DNA from: the human T2T-CHM13v2.0 reference genome, Homo sapiens
Strand: one strand, 5' to 3'
Assembly (NCBI RefSeq): GCF_009914755.1
Contig: NC_060937.1
Length of the DNA stretch: 64,000 nt
A model generated the notes under the pieces. It was not told the origin of the DNA. It made no database searches and saw only the letters and a list, made by a program, of their open reading frames with translations. A program made the position numbers and the translations under genes. The stretch's first letter is position 1. Every line of letters begins with the position of its first letter. Of the stretch, positions 13,460 to 27,458 are shown piece after piece.

Positions 13460-15439
13460 TTATTGCATAGATATTTGTTCATTCTTTCTCATATGCAAAA
13501 GTTTAATGTGTTTTTTCTTGTTCTGTTTTCTTCTTCGCTAAAATAATACTATGTTACTACTTAATTATCATCCTTCCAGTAATTATATTCTTCTCAAAAT
13601 CTTCAATCTTTTTTTGTAATAGTAGGTTTTGTTGTGTTTCTCCTAAATTACAAAATGAAAAGTTCATTCCTCCCAATATATTTTTCAATTTGATATTTGC
13701 CATTAGATATAACTAGTGAAAAGCATTCATTTTTAGTCCAAAATGATGTGTTTGTCTAGAAATGCCTCCTACAAATCAGGACATTATCATATAAGACAAA
13801 AATGTTCATCTGTCCATACAGAGTCACAACATATATGAGAAATTCTGGTGTTTATCTTGGTCTCCCAAATGTGTTGCCCAGTTACTTTACAGTGTTTTTT
13901 AACCCTCTCTGGGCCAGCAGGCTGTCTCATGCTTCCTAGTTCCATGATTCCAAACATAAAGTCTTTAACGTGGGTAACTAAAGTGCACATCCAAGACATT
14001 AGTTTATGTGTTTATGTCTTTTTCATTTCTCAGAAGCATTTCTTTCTAGTCCCTTGTCACTTCTCAATCTGGTAAGAGTTTTTAGATGTTACCTTACGGC
14101 AGACAGACTAGATTAGGGTACATCTTTATAGCTGTTGTCTTTGGAAGGACCAAATTACATTTTTTTAGAAATATTTTAAGAAAATAAATGATAGGACAAA
14201 AGCATTTATGGACATAAAGAAATGCCTTTGAAGAAGCAACAAAATAATTCTACATTTTCAGTCTATTGTTGATAGACTATAAAGAGATTCCTCAGAAGAC
14301 TAGATATACAAAGATAGTGATGTTTTTAGATACTTTAGAATTCTGGCTATTCTGGCTAGTCTATGATCTGAGTAGCAGAACTTGTGCAAGAGAAAAATCT
14401 TAAAGAAAAGTCTAGGTTGGTCTGCAAAAGAATTCTTGAAAAATCATTATATAGCAGCAGAAGATTTCAGGTGTGGATGTGCCTAAAGATTTGGTCAATG
14501 CAGATGATAACATTAACATATGATTTGATAATCATATATATTAGTCTTATCTCCAATTGCCCTTGACACTATTCCCCGAAACCTGATATGGTCCAAGCCA
14601 AGAGGCCTCCCCACAAAGTAGAACTTATATTTAAAGTAGATAAGATAAGGGTAGGAATTGTGTTTAATTATAGAGGATGAAGAAATCTTCCATGTCCCAG
14701 TTTTAGGACAGCTGATATTCCCAGCGTTGGTGTGCAATTTCTCCAAGCAGTTGGTGCTCAAGCTTAGAATGTTTCCTACTCTACCTGAAAGGTCACTCAC
14801 ACCCATTCCCCAAAAGCAAGAAGAAGCAGCTGGGATACAGGATACTCCTAGTGCAAAATCCAGGTGATGTCCCTGCAAAGAATGAACATAAAATGAGATT
14901 ATCCTATGGTGAACGGTGGGTTCCTATCAGCACCAAGAAATAGAGAGAGACTAAGGACTCTTCCTCAAGCCCTTTGCTCTACACTAGTTAGGTTTCCTTT
15001 TGACAGTATTTCATTTTGTATAGAATTATTTTTGACTTTTTTTTTACTTTTCCACTAATTATATTGCTAGGGGAAAATAGATCATTAATAAGAACTCATG
15101 TCATAAATTCTGTCAGCCCTAGATTTTAACTGTTAATGTATTGTAGCTGAAAAAATGTTAATCTATGACACTAGTGACCAGAAAACCCAGAGTGACAATA
15201 ATTAAAATGCTTGGATAATTGCAATATATACGCACTCATACATAAATACTTTAATACACATACACACAACACATTTTGAGCTGCAAGTGCAAAATTTTCC
15301 ATAAGTCAAAGATATTTATTAAAGGTCACTGAAGGGTATAATTCATCATCAGTCATACAGGACGATTCATTTTCAGTACTTATATAATCACAAATTAAAA
15401 TATAAGAAGAAATATAATAACCCCAAATCTCCTTTTGTT

Positions 15440-16560
15440 TCAATAAACTTTTAATTTTAAAATAGCTGTAAATTTCCAGAAAGATTTAGGGAGTACTCCT
15501 GTATATTCCTCACCAAGCATACACTGTTGCTTACATAACCATGGTACAATTGTCACAACTAACCAACTTTGACATGTTACTCTCAAGTAAACCCCTGCTT
15601 TATTTTTTTATTTCTTTTACTAGCTTTTTACATTCATGTCATTTTTTTTCTATTTCAGGTTTCCTTCTAGGTTACCTTATTGCATTTATTTCACTTAGTC
15701 ATCATGTCTCTTCAAGCTCTTCTTGCCTGTGACAGTCATTTTTTCTTTTTCATAACCTTGACAATTTTGATGAGGGCGACTCAGATATTTTGTAGAATGT
15801 TTCTCAATTTTGGTCTATTTGAGATTTTTCTGATTATATTGGGCTTTAAGTTTTCAGAGAAAAACACCGTTTAGACGAAATGCCCTTCTGATTACATCAT
15901 ATCAGGGTTACATGATACAACATGATTTAACATGGTTGATGTAAATCTTACTCACTGACTTAGGTAGTTTTTGCCAGGTTTCTCCTCTGTGAAATTACTT
16001 CCAGCTCCTACTCCACCTTCACCGTCCCACGCCTTTGCATACACTTTTCTTTGGAAGAAAGTAGCTGAGTACAGCCCATGCTGGTGGAGTGGGAGAAGAT
16101 TTAGCTCCACTACTTGGAAGTGCACTTATGTGAATTATGTGGAACTATTTATCTGTTGTCCCACGTTTATTTATTTGATTCTTCATTTATATCAATATAG
16201 ATTCATAAATATGTATTTTATGCTTTGTGCTATAATCCAGTTCATTATAAATGCTATTCAAAATATATGCTATTTATTTTGTTGCTCAAATTGTTTCAGC
16301 TTTGGACATTGGAAGCTCTTTCAGGTTTATAATTATGTCCCTTAGACATGGCTCTGCATTTTTATTTTTTAAACAGTTTTACATTTTTTTTGTGACGAAA
16401 AGGTGCCCCAACCTCATATTGTATTTCCTCACCAATCTTTAAATCCAGCCAATCATCCACAGAACCCTTATTATTTTTATAGAGCATAACATTAGAAACC
16501 AAGTTCAGGGCATTGTTTGTGTTCATTTCTGCTAGGGTGTATAATTCTTTTTCAAAGCAT
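15440..16560 (-). mobile_element. L1MC4/5-like 3' end
   Basis: accttgacaattttgatgag...tattttgtagaatgtttctcaatttt...ttgccaggtttctcctctgtgaa...ttggacattggaagctctttcag motifs. Confidence 0.7.
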
Positions 16561-17869
16561 CTTATCTGATATTTGTATACATGACAGCAAATCATTTTAA
16601 AACTAAAACTATGAATGATTTAATAGTAATAAATGTGTATTAGAGGCATTGAAGGTAGAAAGTGAGGTTAAACTATTATTTTTGAAGTGGCCCAAATTCT
16701 TATTAATTATCATTTCATTTATGAGTATGCACCATCAAAAAAAAAAAAAAAACTGGACCTGAATCAAAGTTCAAGCCCAGGTTTCTTGTTTTTGAAGGCT
16801 ACATCATTTGAGTAGCCAAAGAGTTATCGAGGGAATTAGAGATTATCTCTATGAACATTTCTAGTTTATAAAGTGTTAAATGTGGACATGAGAGGTTATA
16901 TCACACACCCATTGTCATGGGACAGATTATTGAAAAATGAGACTGGATCTTAGGTCATGTAGGTTCCCAGTTAGTTGGCCTTTCACAAAGCAATACAAAA
17001 TCCCTACAGTATAAATCCCTTTTATAAAATTATAAATGATGTTAACTCTAATGCCTATTTTTTAGGATTGTTTTAAGAAAAAAGGTGAATGAATGTATGA
17101 GGATACAAATCAGTGCAAAATAGAAATATAAAAAAATGACATTCCTTATCCTAAAACAATTGTTCCTTACATCCAAAGTGAATGAGAAAATTAAAATATA
17201 TAGTGTCACAGCTATGTCCCAGAGGGTTTATATGCATCACAACTCCCTAAATAAAGGTGTTATTATGTTCATTTTACAAATATGTAAACGTTAAAACAGA
17301 GAGTTTAATTAACATATACAGGATCGCTCACTTTGTAAGCTCTTACAAACTGAATTCAAATATTTTCCCCACTTCAAAACCTTTAATTTTTTCATTACTT
17401 CAAGATTCCTTTATACTTCTTTAAGATATTTGGTTTAGAAAGAACTTAATGGAAGTAACCTTTCTACTTTACAATAACCCATATCTTGCTTTTTCACAGA
17501 CTATGTATCTTATATTGCTTTGTATTACAGTTATTTATGAGCAACTTTCATCTCTTCTTGTCAATTATCTGCTCCTTAAGGGCATTTCTTTGTTACATGC
17601 CTTATACATAACATAGAATATACTAAGAATGTGATAAGATTCTTAGTGAACAGTCTTCCCTATGGAAAGAAAAATACTGAAGTTATAATCAAGTGAAATG
17701 AAATACAATAAAATAAAAATCCTCTGAATACTTTTTTGCATAGTGAATTGTTCATGAAAAAGTAGAAAATTTCTGATTCACTGAATACTTTAACAAAGAA
17801 GGTTTAGATTACTTGAATGCTAATACAATTTTAAAATTGAACTTGACATTATTACTATGCATATTGTTT

Positions 17870-18400
17870 AAATCAGGGGGATATTATAGCTAACAGCAAC
17901 TGAAGGCCATATTCAGAGTTTGGTCAAATTATACAAACAGAAAACCTTCAGCTGGGCATCCACTGGGCTCTTTGATACATCAGTTATGTCTTCAAGGGCC
18001 TAGGCCCTTGCCTGCTTTCTCTATTCTATTATGGCCTTGACTTTTATCACCAGGTTTCTCATCTAATGTTTGAAAGATCAATGCCTCAGCTCTAAATGTT
18101 GGATCTTCTCACATAACAATATTCTGAATAGTAAAAGGTGGTAGTAAGAGAAAACGAGTTTTCTTCTTATAGAAACCTCTTTTTCTGGGAAGAATAATTT
18201 TTCTAGAAGTTTCTCATTAGTCTTCCTCTTAGATCTTATTGGTGAAAGCTAGGTTACATGACCACACCTAAATCAACCATTACTGAAAGGAATACGGTTA
18301 GTATAATGGGGTCTGCCAATCACAATTCACAACCAAGACAGGATTGTAGTAGCGAAGAAAGGGTTATTGCTCTGATACAGAGATCCCACATCTATATTAG
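17870..18400 (-). mobile_element. Old MLT1 (J/K-like) LTR
   Basis: tcttattggtgaaagctaggttacatgaccacacctaaatcaaccattactg motif. Confidence 0.45.
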
Positions 18401-19029
18401 ATAAGGGCAACAGCTACTAACAAGAATCAAAGAGGCAAACTAGAGAACTGACTTGAGGATAGAAGACAGCCTCAGACTTAGTTCCAGGATTTGAGGGCTA
18501 TGATCCAGAGTTCTAATGGGTTTAGTGGTGTTCATCTTTAGAAGGGTGGTAGCAACACCCGAATTCTAGGCAAGATTTTGATGACCAGGTAGTATAATTG
18601 ACCTAGGTGAAAGCAAGAATTTAGCCAACAGCTGGATCAAAAAGTTAAAGAATGGTCTGCTACAAAATGAGAGATAATTAAGCAAGGACATCTGTCAAAG
18701 TCCTACTCAAGAGGACTCAAACCCATGTCCTGACCAATCACCAACCATATCTAAGAAGAATCCCTTAGCCCACATTGGAAATGGGGCAAGGTACTCCAGC
18801 AGCGCAGCTGGAAAACAAGTAGCGAGGTTCTGAAGTCAGAGGCAATGTGGGTTTAATTAAGGCAGAAAACATAAACCACTGTCCTATCCCACTAAGAAGG
18901 ACAGGATTTCTTAAAATAAAATCTAGACTTGGTTTTCATTTTGCCATGCATGTTGTGAGTTGAGCTGTTAGCCTGAATGGTTCTACCATCTGTGGCAGTA
19001 CCAGCCAGTACCAGCACATTTTATAAAAT

Positions 19030-19245
19030 GATTACTTTTTGGTGCTAATATGTCTCAGACACTGTACAAATATGTGATTAATCTGTCCCCAAATTTTGTG
19101 AGGTAACTTTTATTATTGTCCTTCTTCAACTGAAGAAAATGAGGCCAGGACTTAAAATCCAGACAGTGAAACCTTAAGTGATGAGGACCTAGATTTGACC
19201 CCAGTTCTACTGAGTTCTAAAGCCTGTGCTATAACCTAGATGCCA
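19030..19245 (-). mobile_element. MIR
   Basis: tgtgaggtaacttttattattgtcc...gaagaaaatgaggcc...gatttgaccccag. Confidence 0.55.
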
Positions 19246-20469
19246 CATGCCTTTTATGGCTTGTCAAGTCCTGATTTACACATACCAGTTGCAGTTTCTG
19301 TTTCTATTGGAACTTCTTGGGCTCCATTAGTTAGTCCGGTGGCTTAAAAAACAGGCAGGATATGTGTTAGAGGACCATGAAAAGCTATGTAGACAGCTAC
19401 TGTATTGTCACAGCCAGCAAGCAGTTGACGTCACCCCATTTGGCCTCTTCCCCTCTGAAGATCATCTCCAAAACATGGAAGCTTTGCAGATTTGTGTGAG
19501 CAAAAAGAGCAGACTTGACCTGTAGTTTTGAGTGGCACTTAGAATTGTTCACTGGATCCCAAAATGAAATTCTAGAGTTTCAATTAAAGGAGGATCTGCA
19601 ATATCACATTTAATCAACACGTTTTAATCAGACAGGTTCATTGTTAGGCAGAAAAATATAGGTATCTTAATTTATGGATATCTGTTAGTGCAGCAAAGTA
19701 TGCATAAAATGTTAAATTGTTTTTCTATATGAATTTTATGAATTTAAATAGTCCCTGGGTACTAGTCTTATACTCCAAATTTGAGACATATACCAGGACA
19801 GGAAAAAATTAAAATGCTTAGAGAAAAGATGATTTCAGCTAAAACTAGAGTGGTCAATTTTGCAGAGCAGCATTTTAAACATCAATTTGTGATTTTGTCT
19901 GCCAGAAATTCAAATCAGCTGTCCCATTTTATGAAACTGTGAGTCTTAACCTTTTCTCACAGAAAAACATGCCAATTTTTGAACTATGGGCTGAATTAAT
20001 GAAAATGTAACTACACAAGAAATAATATATTATTAATACATATGCAAAATATTTTATTAATGTTCTAATTATCCATAAATTATTAAATATAAGAAAATAA
20101 TTCAAACAATAAAAATACCCTAATAGAAAATGCTCATTATTTGCAAAAAAGGTGATACATTCTATTCACATATTTCAGAAGGGAAAGGAAATAACTTTTG
20201 TGGATTGTTTATAATTCCCTCAAATAAAAATACATATGGGCTAATCAATGGTATAACTGATTGGTAAATCATTTTACTTGTGATTTTTAGAGATAAGGAG
20301 CTTCTTCTCTGGACTTTGAAAGGCCAATAATAATCAGAATAAGAACTGCACATTAAGTAATTCCTATGTGCCAGATGGTTTTTGGAAGGATATGATAAGT
20401 TCCCTAAATATGTGACATCTGTGCAGTAATGTAAGAGAGAGTGTTACTTCCACATGATATTAATACTAA

Positions 20470-20670
20470 TATTTTTGTATAAGCATTATGAACAGACTAG
20501 CTCCAATATTTGTAATAATATCCTTATAAAAGAAATATTATTACCCAAACCACTTCACAGATTACAAAGCTGACATTTAAAGAAGTTGCAAAATGAGCCC
20601 AAGGTAAGTAGAAGAGCAGTGATTTGAAGTAGTTGGGCTCCAGAGTCTATGAATTCAACCATGAAGCCAC
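20470..20670 (-). mobile_element. MIR
   Basis: ttattaccc...acagattacaaagctga...gcccaagg...gatttgaa...ctccagagtc. Confidence 0.5.
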
Positions 20671-20997
20671 AAGATATTGCTTGATTTGAAGATGGACTAC
20701 TGAAGTCCAAGGGTTAGACAGCGATGGGAGAAGCAAATTTAAAGATATAGGCCAAACACAGTGGATTTTCTTGGAGAATCACTTTTGCTAAAACATGTGG
20801 GGAGTTTTTATTTTATATTCAGGGAAATGCAGATTTGTCATAATATGAAATGTAAATTTTTGTTGATTTCTAAGCAAAAACAGAGTATTTTAAATAAAAT
20901 GTAGGCTTCAGCCTCAATATACACCATGGTAACAAAGTAACATTTTACAATTATCAGAATGATTTTAGTAGTTTGTAGGAAGCTCAGGTTCAGGGAA

Positions 20998-21368
20998 TGC
21001 TTATGAAATAAGTGTGTGTGCCCTTCTATTATACAATTAAAACCCCAGTTTAACCCCCCATGTGATACTCTTTGGAGGTGGGCCTTTTCGAGATAATTAG
21101 GTCATGAGTGTGGAGTCTCCATGAATGGAATTAGTAGCACTCGTATAAGAAGATACCAGAGAGCTACATCGCATTCTTTCTGCCATGTAAGTATACAACT
21201 AGAAGCCAGCAGACTGCAACCCAGAAGACAAATCCCAGCAGAGCCCTGTCACTCTGACCCCTTGATCTCAGCCTTCTAGACCCCAGAACTGTGAGAAATA
21301 AATTTGTGTTGTTTATAAGCCAGTAAGTCTATGAAAGTTTGTTATAGCAGTCCACACAAACCAAAACA
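20998..21368 (+). mobile_element. MLT1A0-like solo LTR
   Basis: tttggaggtgggcctttt...gtcatgag...ccagaactgtgagaaataaatttgtgttgtttataagcc. Confidence 0.8.
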
Positions 21369-21405
21369 ATTCCCAACAAAAACAACTACTTAATGCATAT
21401 TCCTC

Positions 21406-21447
21406 TTTTTTTTTTTTTTTTTTTTTTCTGAGACAGGGTCTTGCTCT
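21406..21447 (-). mobile_element. Alu 3' stub (T22 plus ~19 nt of body)
   Basis: T22-ctgagacagggtcttgctct joined directly to L1 sequence; no TSD seen. Confidence 0.7.
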
Positions 21448-22083
21448 CAGGAAGAAATAAAAGGCATCCAAATCAGTAAAGAGGGAGTCAAACTGTCACT
21501 GTTTGCTGATGATATGATTGTTTACCTCGAAAACCCTGAATACTCCTCCAGAAAGCTCCTAGAATTGACATAAGAATTCAGCAAAGTTTCTGGATACGAG
21601 ATTAACGTACACAAATCAGTAGCTCTTCTATACAACAACAGCAACCAAATGGAGAATCAGATCAAGAACTCAACCCTTTTTACAATAGCTGCAAAAAAAA
21701 AAGGAATATACCTAACCAAGGAGGCTAAAGACCTCTACAAGGAAACCTAAAAAACACTGCTGAAAGAAATCATAGATGACACAAACAAATGGAAATACAT
21801 CCCATGATCATGGATGGGTAGAATCAATATTGAGAAAATGACCATAATGTCAAAAGCAATCTACAAATTTAATATAATCCTCATCAAAATACTGCTATCA
21901 TTCTTGACAGATTTAGAAAAAGCAATTCTAAAATTTATGTTGAACTGAAAAAGAGCCTGAGTAGACAAAGCAAGACTAAGCAAAAAGAACAAATCTAGAG
22001 GTATCATATTACCTGATGTCATACTATACTATAAGGCTAAAGTCACCAAAACAGCATGTTACTCATATAAAAATAGGCACATA

Positions 22084-22325
22084 GGACAGGCACGGTGGTT
22101 CACGCCTGTAATCCCAGCACTTTGGGAGGCTAAGGTGGGCAGATTGTGAGGTAAAACCCTATCTCTACTAAAATACAGAAAATTAGGCTGGGAATGGTGG
22201 CGCGTGCCTGTATTCCCAGCTACTCGGGAGGCTGAGGCAGGGGAATCACTTGAACCTGGGAGGCTGAGGCAGTGAGCCAAGATCACGCCACTGTGCTCCA
22301 GCCTCTGCCAAAGAAAAAAAAAAAA
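22084..22325 (+). mobile_element. AluS with internal deletions, inserted in the L1PB
   Basis: TSD aggcacata/aagcacata; left arm reads gaggt-aaaaccc (B-box region deleted); 3' end shortened. Confidence 0.9.
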
Positions 22326-23347
22326 GCACATAGACCAATGGAACAGAATAGAGAACCCAGAAATAAACCCAAATACAGAATAGAGAACCCAGAAATAAAC
22401 CCAGACACTTATATCCAACTGATCTTTGACAAAGCAAACAAAAACATAAAGTGGGGAAAGGACACCTTTTCAACTAATGGTGCCAAGATAATTGGTAAGC
22501 TACATGTAGAATTACGAAACTGGATAATCATCTCTCACCTTATACAAAATGGATTTTTATAATTTAAGATGGATTAAGGGCTTAAATCTAAGACCTGAAA
22601 CTATAAAAATTCTAGAAGACAACATTGGAAAAACCCTTCTAGACATTGACTGAGCAAAGATTTCATGACAAAGAACCCAAAAGCAAATGCAATAAAACAA
22701 AGATAAATAGCGGGGACTTAAATAAAGAGCTTTTACATGGCAAAAGGAACAGTCAGCAGAGTAAACAGATAACCCTCAGAGTGGAAGAAAATCCTCACAA
22801 TCTATACATCTGACAAAGGACTAATATCCAGAATCTACAACAAATTCAAACAAATCAACAAGAAAATAAAAATCCCATCAGAAAGTGGGCTAAGGATGTG
22901 AATAGATAATTCTCAAAAGAAGATATACAAATGGCCAATAGACATATGATAAAAGGCTCAACACCACTAATGATCAGGGAAATGCAAATCAAAGCCAAAA
23001 TGCAATACTACCTTACTACTGCAAGAATGGCCATAATTAAAAAAATCAAAAAACAGTAGATGTTGGCGTGGATGTGGTGATCAAAGAACACTTCCACACT
23101 GCTGGTGGGAATGTAAAGTAGTACAGCCATAGTATGGAAAGCAGTGTGGAGATTCCCTAAAGAACTAAAAGTAGAACTATCATTTGATCCAGCATTCCCA
23201 CTGCTGGGTATCTACCCAGAAGAAAATAAGTCATTATACACAAAAGATAACTGCACATGCATGTTTATAGTACTACAATTCGCAATTGCAAAATTATGGA
23301 TCCAAGCTAAATGCCCATTAATCAATAAGTGGATAAAAAAAACTATG

Positions 23348-23380
<33 letters not shown>

Positions 23381-23469
23381 GTGTATATATATATGGTGTA
23401 TATATATATGGTGTGTATATATATATATGGTGTATATATATATATGGTGTATATATATATATATATATA
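23348..23469. repeat. (TA)n / ggtgtatatata compound microsatellite
   Basis: Direct reading; grown from the L1PB tggtatatata site. Confidence 0.95.
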
Positions 23470-24005
23470 GTCTCCAATATCATCTAGGTCACTGTGAATG
23501 CCATTAATTCATTCCTTTTTGTGGCTGAGTAGTATTTCATCATATATATCATATATAGACGTTTTATAAAAATTCAAGACAAGCTATAATTCTAGTTAAT
23601 TTCTACTACATTGAAGAAGCAGAATCATTTCAAATGAAGTATCTGCAAAATACTCTTCATTAGATCTCCTAATATTCTAAAATCTAGCATATAATATTGA
23701 GGGCCTTTTCTCATCACCATGTTTTAAAATATATATACCAATTCTCACTGTGTATTTAATTTCCTATTTTATAAGGATATTGATCTTTCCTGCATTGCAT
23801 CATTGCGCTTTTAATTCCACAGTAGCATTTTCATAAATTAGAGAGAAACTTTCACTACACATCTGGGGAAACATAATGCTAACATTTAAAAGTCAGGCAA
23901 CTTTTGCATGAGTTAAGATGAAAATGATCATAGTAAAGAAAAGGATAATAATTGTGTTAATCTTGACACTACTACTACTATAGAGGTAATGTGACTATAA
24001 GATTG

Positions 24006-24479
24006 ATGATAGCCCTAAGGTTCACTCATGCATATCACAGGGCCAACACTATGTGTCACTCAGCAATGTGAAGCAACCTGGCCTGGAGGTTTCCAGGAGA
24101 CAAAACCACCTCAGCAAAGATGCAGTTCTTAGAACCTTTAAAACAATGCTTACCCTTACAGGAATAACTTAAACTCCCTTTTTGAAAGAACTCCTGGTAA
24201 CTGACCCAGGCTGAACAAGAGTATAAAAAAGGAGGAAGAACTCAAACTCAGAATGGTCTCTAGATGGAGACCCTCCTGGTCAGGTAATCATCTGACTCCC
24301 TGACTGTATCTAGCCCATGCCAGCTTGTTCCTTCTATTCGACTTGTAAGACAACTGCCAGAATAAACTGCTTGTACATCAGACTTTGTCTAAGACCCATC
24401 TTTGATGCAAATTGGACCCTAGGGGAAAAGTCGCTCCTGGACAAGCTTATATCCTGCAACCATTCCAAACCCCCAAACA
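24006..24479 (+). mobile_element. ERV solo LTR, family not determined
   Basis: ~470 bp block with tataaaa, aataaa (24361) and a CA end, higher GC than its flanks. Confidence 0.45.
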
Positions 24480-25368
24480 CAGCATACTACTAGTAATGAC
24501 AATAGTACTCTACTGCTGCATTCTTCTTCTGAGTATAAAATATAATTTTATGCCAAAATTCCCAGATGGTAAAAATGAAACCAAAACCAAAATGAAAAGG
24601 AAAGGAAGGTAGAAAAAGAATAAATAAGGAAAAATAAGAGAGATTAGGATAAAGGCACGGGAAAGAAAGGAAATTGTATCAGTAACAAATTGGGTTTAAT
24701 AAAACATTTACAGTAACTATTTCGCCTTCATTTGCAGAATTCTACAGATATAATTTCAAATAAGCAGGACAAAGGAAGCAATTTATTTTAAGATTTGAAC
24801 AATTCTAATACTATAACTGTGCAAGTGTTCAATGCATTTTAGAATGTTTTCAAGTATTTTTTTTTAAATATTCCTAGATTGAGATGGGGATTTGGAGAAA
24901 AAAAGTCAATTCCTTTGTTAATACTTTAGTTTAAGCAAATTAGAGGAAAAAGAAAACATAGATCAAAAAAACAAAGCTGTGAATTAGAGGAAATTACCCA
25001 GCAAGGTAGACAATAGATACACCAAGGTTCAGTCCCATAATAAGAAAGCTTATACTAGCACCGATATTGTGTAGGATCTATTCACAAACCTTGCTGATGT
25101 TCGATGTCTACCACTCTTTTTCTTTTTGCACCTGGGTTTGCACATCTCTCCAGACCTGGGATGAGAAGACTCTGGAAGCAATGTCTGTTTAAAAATTATC
25201 TTTCTTATTTTTGTTTCTTTATGTTTAGAGTTGGAGAATCACTGTGAAGCAGAAGCTGCCTTTCCTGAGAAAAATTTCGTATTCTATGTTTACATATGTG
25301 TACCTCTGGGATAAAGGTATGTGACAAGTCGTTCTACGATTCAAGCAGCTTAAAAAATCATACATTCC

Positions 25369-25746
<378 letters not shown>

Positions 25747-26772
25747 TTAGATTTTGTGCACCTGTAGACACAGCACCAATTCTGGTCCAAGACTTCACCA
25801 TCTTTCACTGGTGAGTCTCTCTGTATGTAAACTGAAGGCAATGGTTATAAAATCATGTAGTAATATGTTAGGATCTTGTCTACAGGGAGATGGAAGTCTC
25901 AAAGCCAAGCATGGTTCTGAAGAGTGCTCACAAAGTTTACTGGTAACTTTTGAAGGATTGGGCCTCAACCATAGGACCTATGCTCTCACTGCTTAAGAGG
26001 CTTGAAGTCCACAAGTACCAACCAAACTCTCACATTCCTAAGCTGCATTGAGTTGCATCTACAATGGTGATGCTTAGTACAATAGGGTTGGCAAAACCCA
26101 ATTCCTCCTTTCTGAATGGCCAACTGAACTCAGATCTCATCTAGCAAATATAACACTGCTAAGCAGAAATTCCAGCATCAAAGATTCATTACAACAAGGG
26201 ACAGAATCTATGGCTACACTGGAACAGGAATGACATGAGAAAGTTCTTGGTTTTGAACACGATTTATTAATCTGGTAATTCAGTAGCCATTTTTACTTCA
26301 CTATAACATGTATTAAGATAGACTTGAGCTGTAATAATTTTCCCCTCAAGACATCATGGGAACACAAATTTATAATTGAAAAGGGGTTTGAAGAGATGGT
26401 GGGCAAATTGTATGCTCTTCTTGCTATTCTTGGAAGCATGTGATTCAAGCACTGTACTCTAGGGAGACCTCACGTTGTTATTTGTACCTTAACCTTTTTC
26501 AGTGAGTTCTCCAGCCCCATACATTTGAAGGCTTATCAAAATAGAGCCAATCCTATGCCTATAATACTAGTTTAAGTAAATTGTAACCAATGATAATCTT
26601 TAATTACTGATCAGTCCTGTAATCTAAATTTGCTTTGAAATAACATCTTGAGATTAAAGCATTTTTTTAAATGGAAGTAGTTTGAGAAAATTAATATAAA
26701 CCTTTAAAGCATTTTTAAAACAAATAATACACATTTGTGCAAATGAATGGAAGAAAGTGATTCATGTTAAAT

Positions 26773-27458
26773 TGTTACTGGTGGAAGAGATCCAAGTTAC
26801 ATGGAGTTACTGGTGGCATATGCATACGGGTCCATTGCAACTTCAGTCCTTACCTCATCAGAAGAAAGAATTTGACTGAGGGGCATAAAGTAGGAAAAGA
26901 GGCTGAGGCAAGTTTCAGAGCAGGAACAGAAGTTTATTTAAAAAGGCCTTAGAACAGGAAAGAAAGGAAGGTGCACTCGGAAGTTTGGCATGTGAGGGTT
27001 AAAGAGAGAAGGTCAAGTGCCCTGTTTAACCATGATCCTAGGACTTTTATAAGCTCGCCTCTTTCCTATGATTCTTCTCTTGGGGTGGGCTGCCCGCATG
27101 CGCAGAGCCCTCCTTACCCTTGGGAAGTGAGCACACGCAGTGTGTTTAGGGAGTTATACACACGCCCATCTGAAGTTTTCTTCCTTTTTCTGTTGCGGTA
27201 TACCCGAAAGATCATGCTTCGCCATTTTTGTCCCTTAATGTACATGCCCAGGAAGATGTTTCTCCCTGGGGTATGCATTCAGTTAACATTTTTAATGTTA
27301 ACAGGTGTGTACCATCAGGAGACTTTCTCTCCCTGGCTACTGAGTTATCATGTTTAGAGAGGCAATGAGATAATTGCCGAATCATCATCCAGCATTTCTA
27401 GTGGGTGGGAGGAGAGCACTCTCCTGCCCTGCTCATGCCTAACTAACTACCTGTAACA
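26773..27458 (-). mobile_element. MER50-family ERV1 solo LTR
   Basis: tgttac...agaagaaagaatttgactgaggggcataa...ctcctgccctgctcatgcctaactaactacctgtaaca; 4-bp TSD aaat/aaat. Confidence 0.88.

Larger units (their letters stand above)
21448..23549 (+). mobile_element. L1PB1-like ORF2 3' half, disrupted, with Alu insertion and terminal micro-inversion
   Basis: Encodes decayed RT motif ctgtttgctgatgatatg (LFADDM) through the ORF2 C-terminus (ORF 23144 MWRFPKELKVEL...); 3'UTR missing. Confidence 0.9.

Noticed and set aside
14513-14878. 121-aa minus-strand ORF in unique-looking sequence
   Set aside because: No recognisable homology or splice context; could be an old LTR or chance
18400-19000. Possible ancient Gypsy-like LTR remnants (similar texture at ~60680-61340)
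   Set aside because: Too decayed to assign by eye
23144-23470. 108-aa ORF with a Y/I-rich tail
   Set aside because: L1 ORF2 C-terminus read into the (TA)n microsatellite
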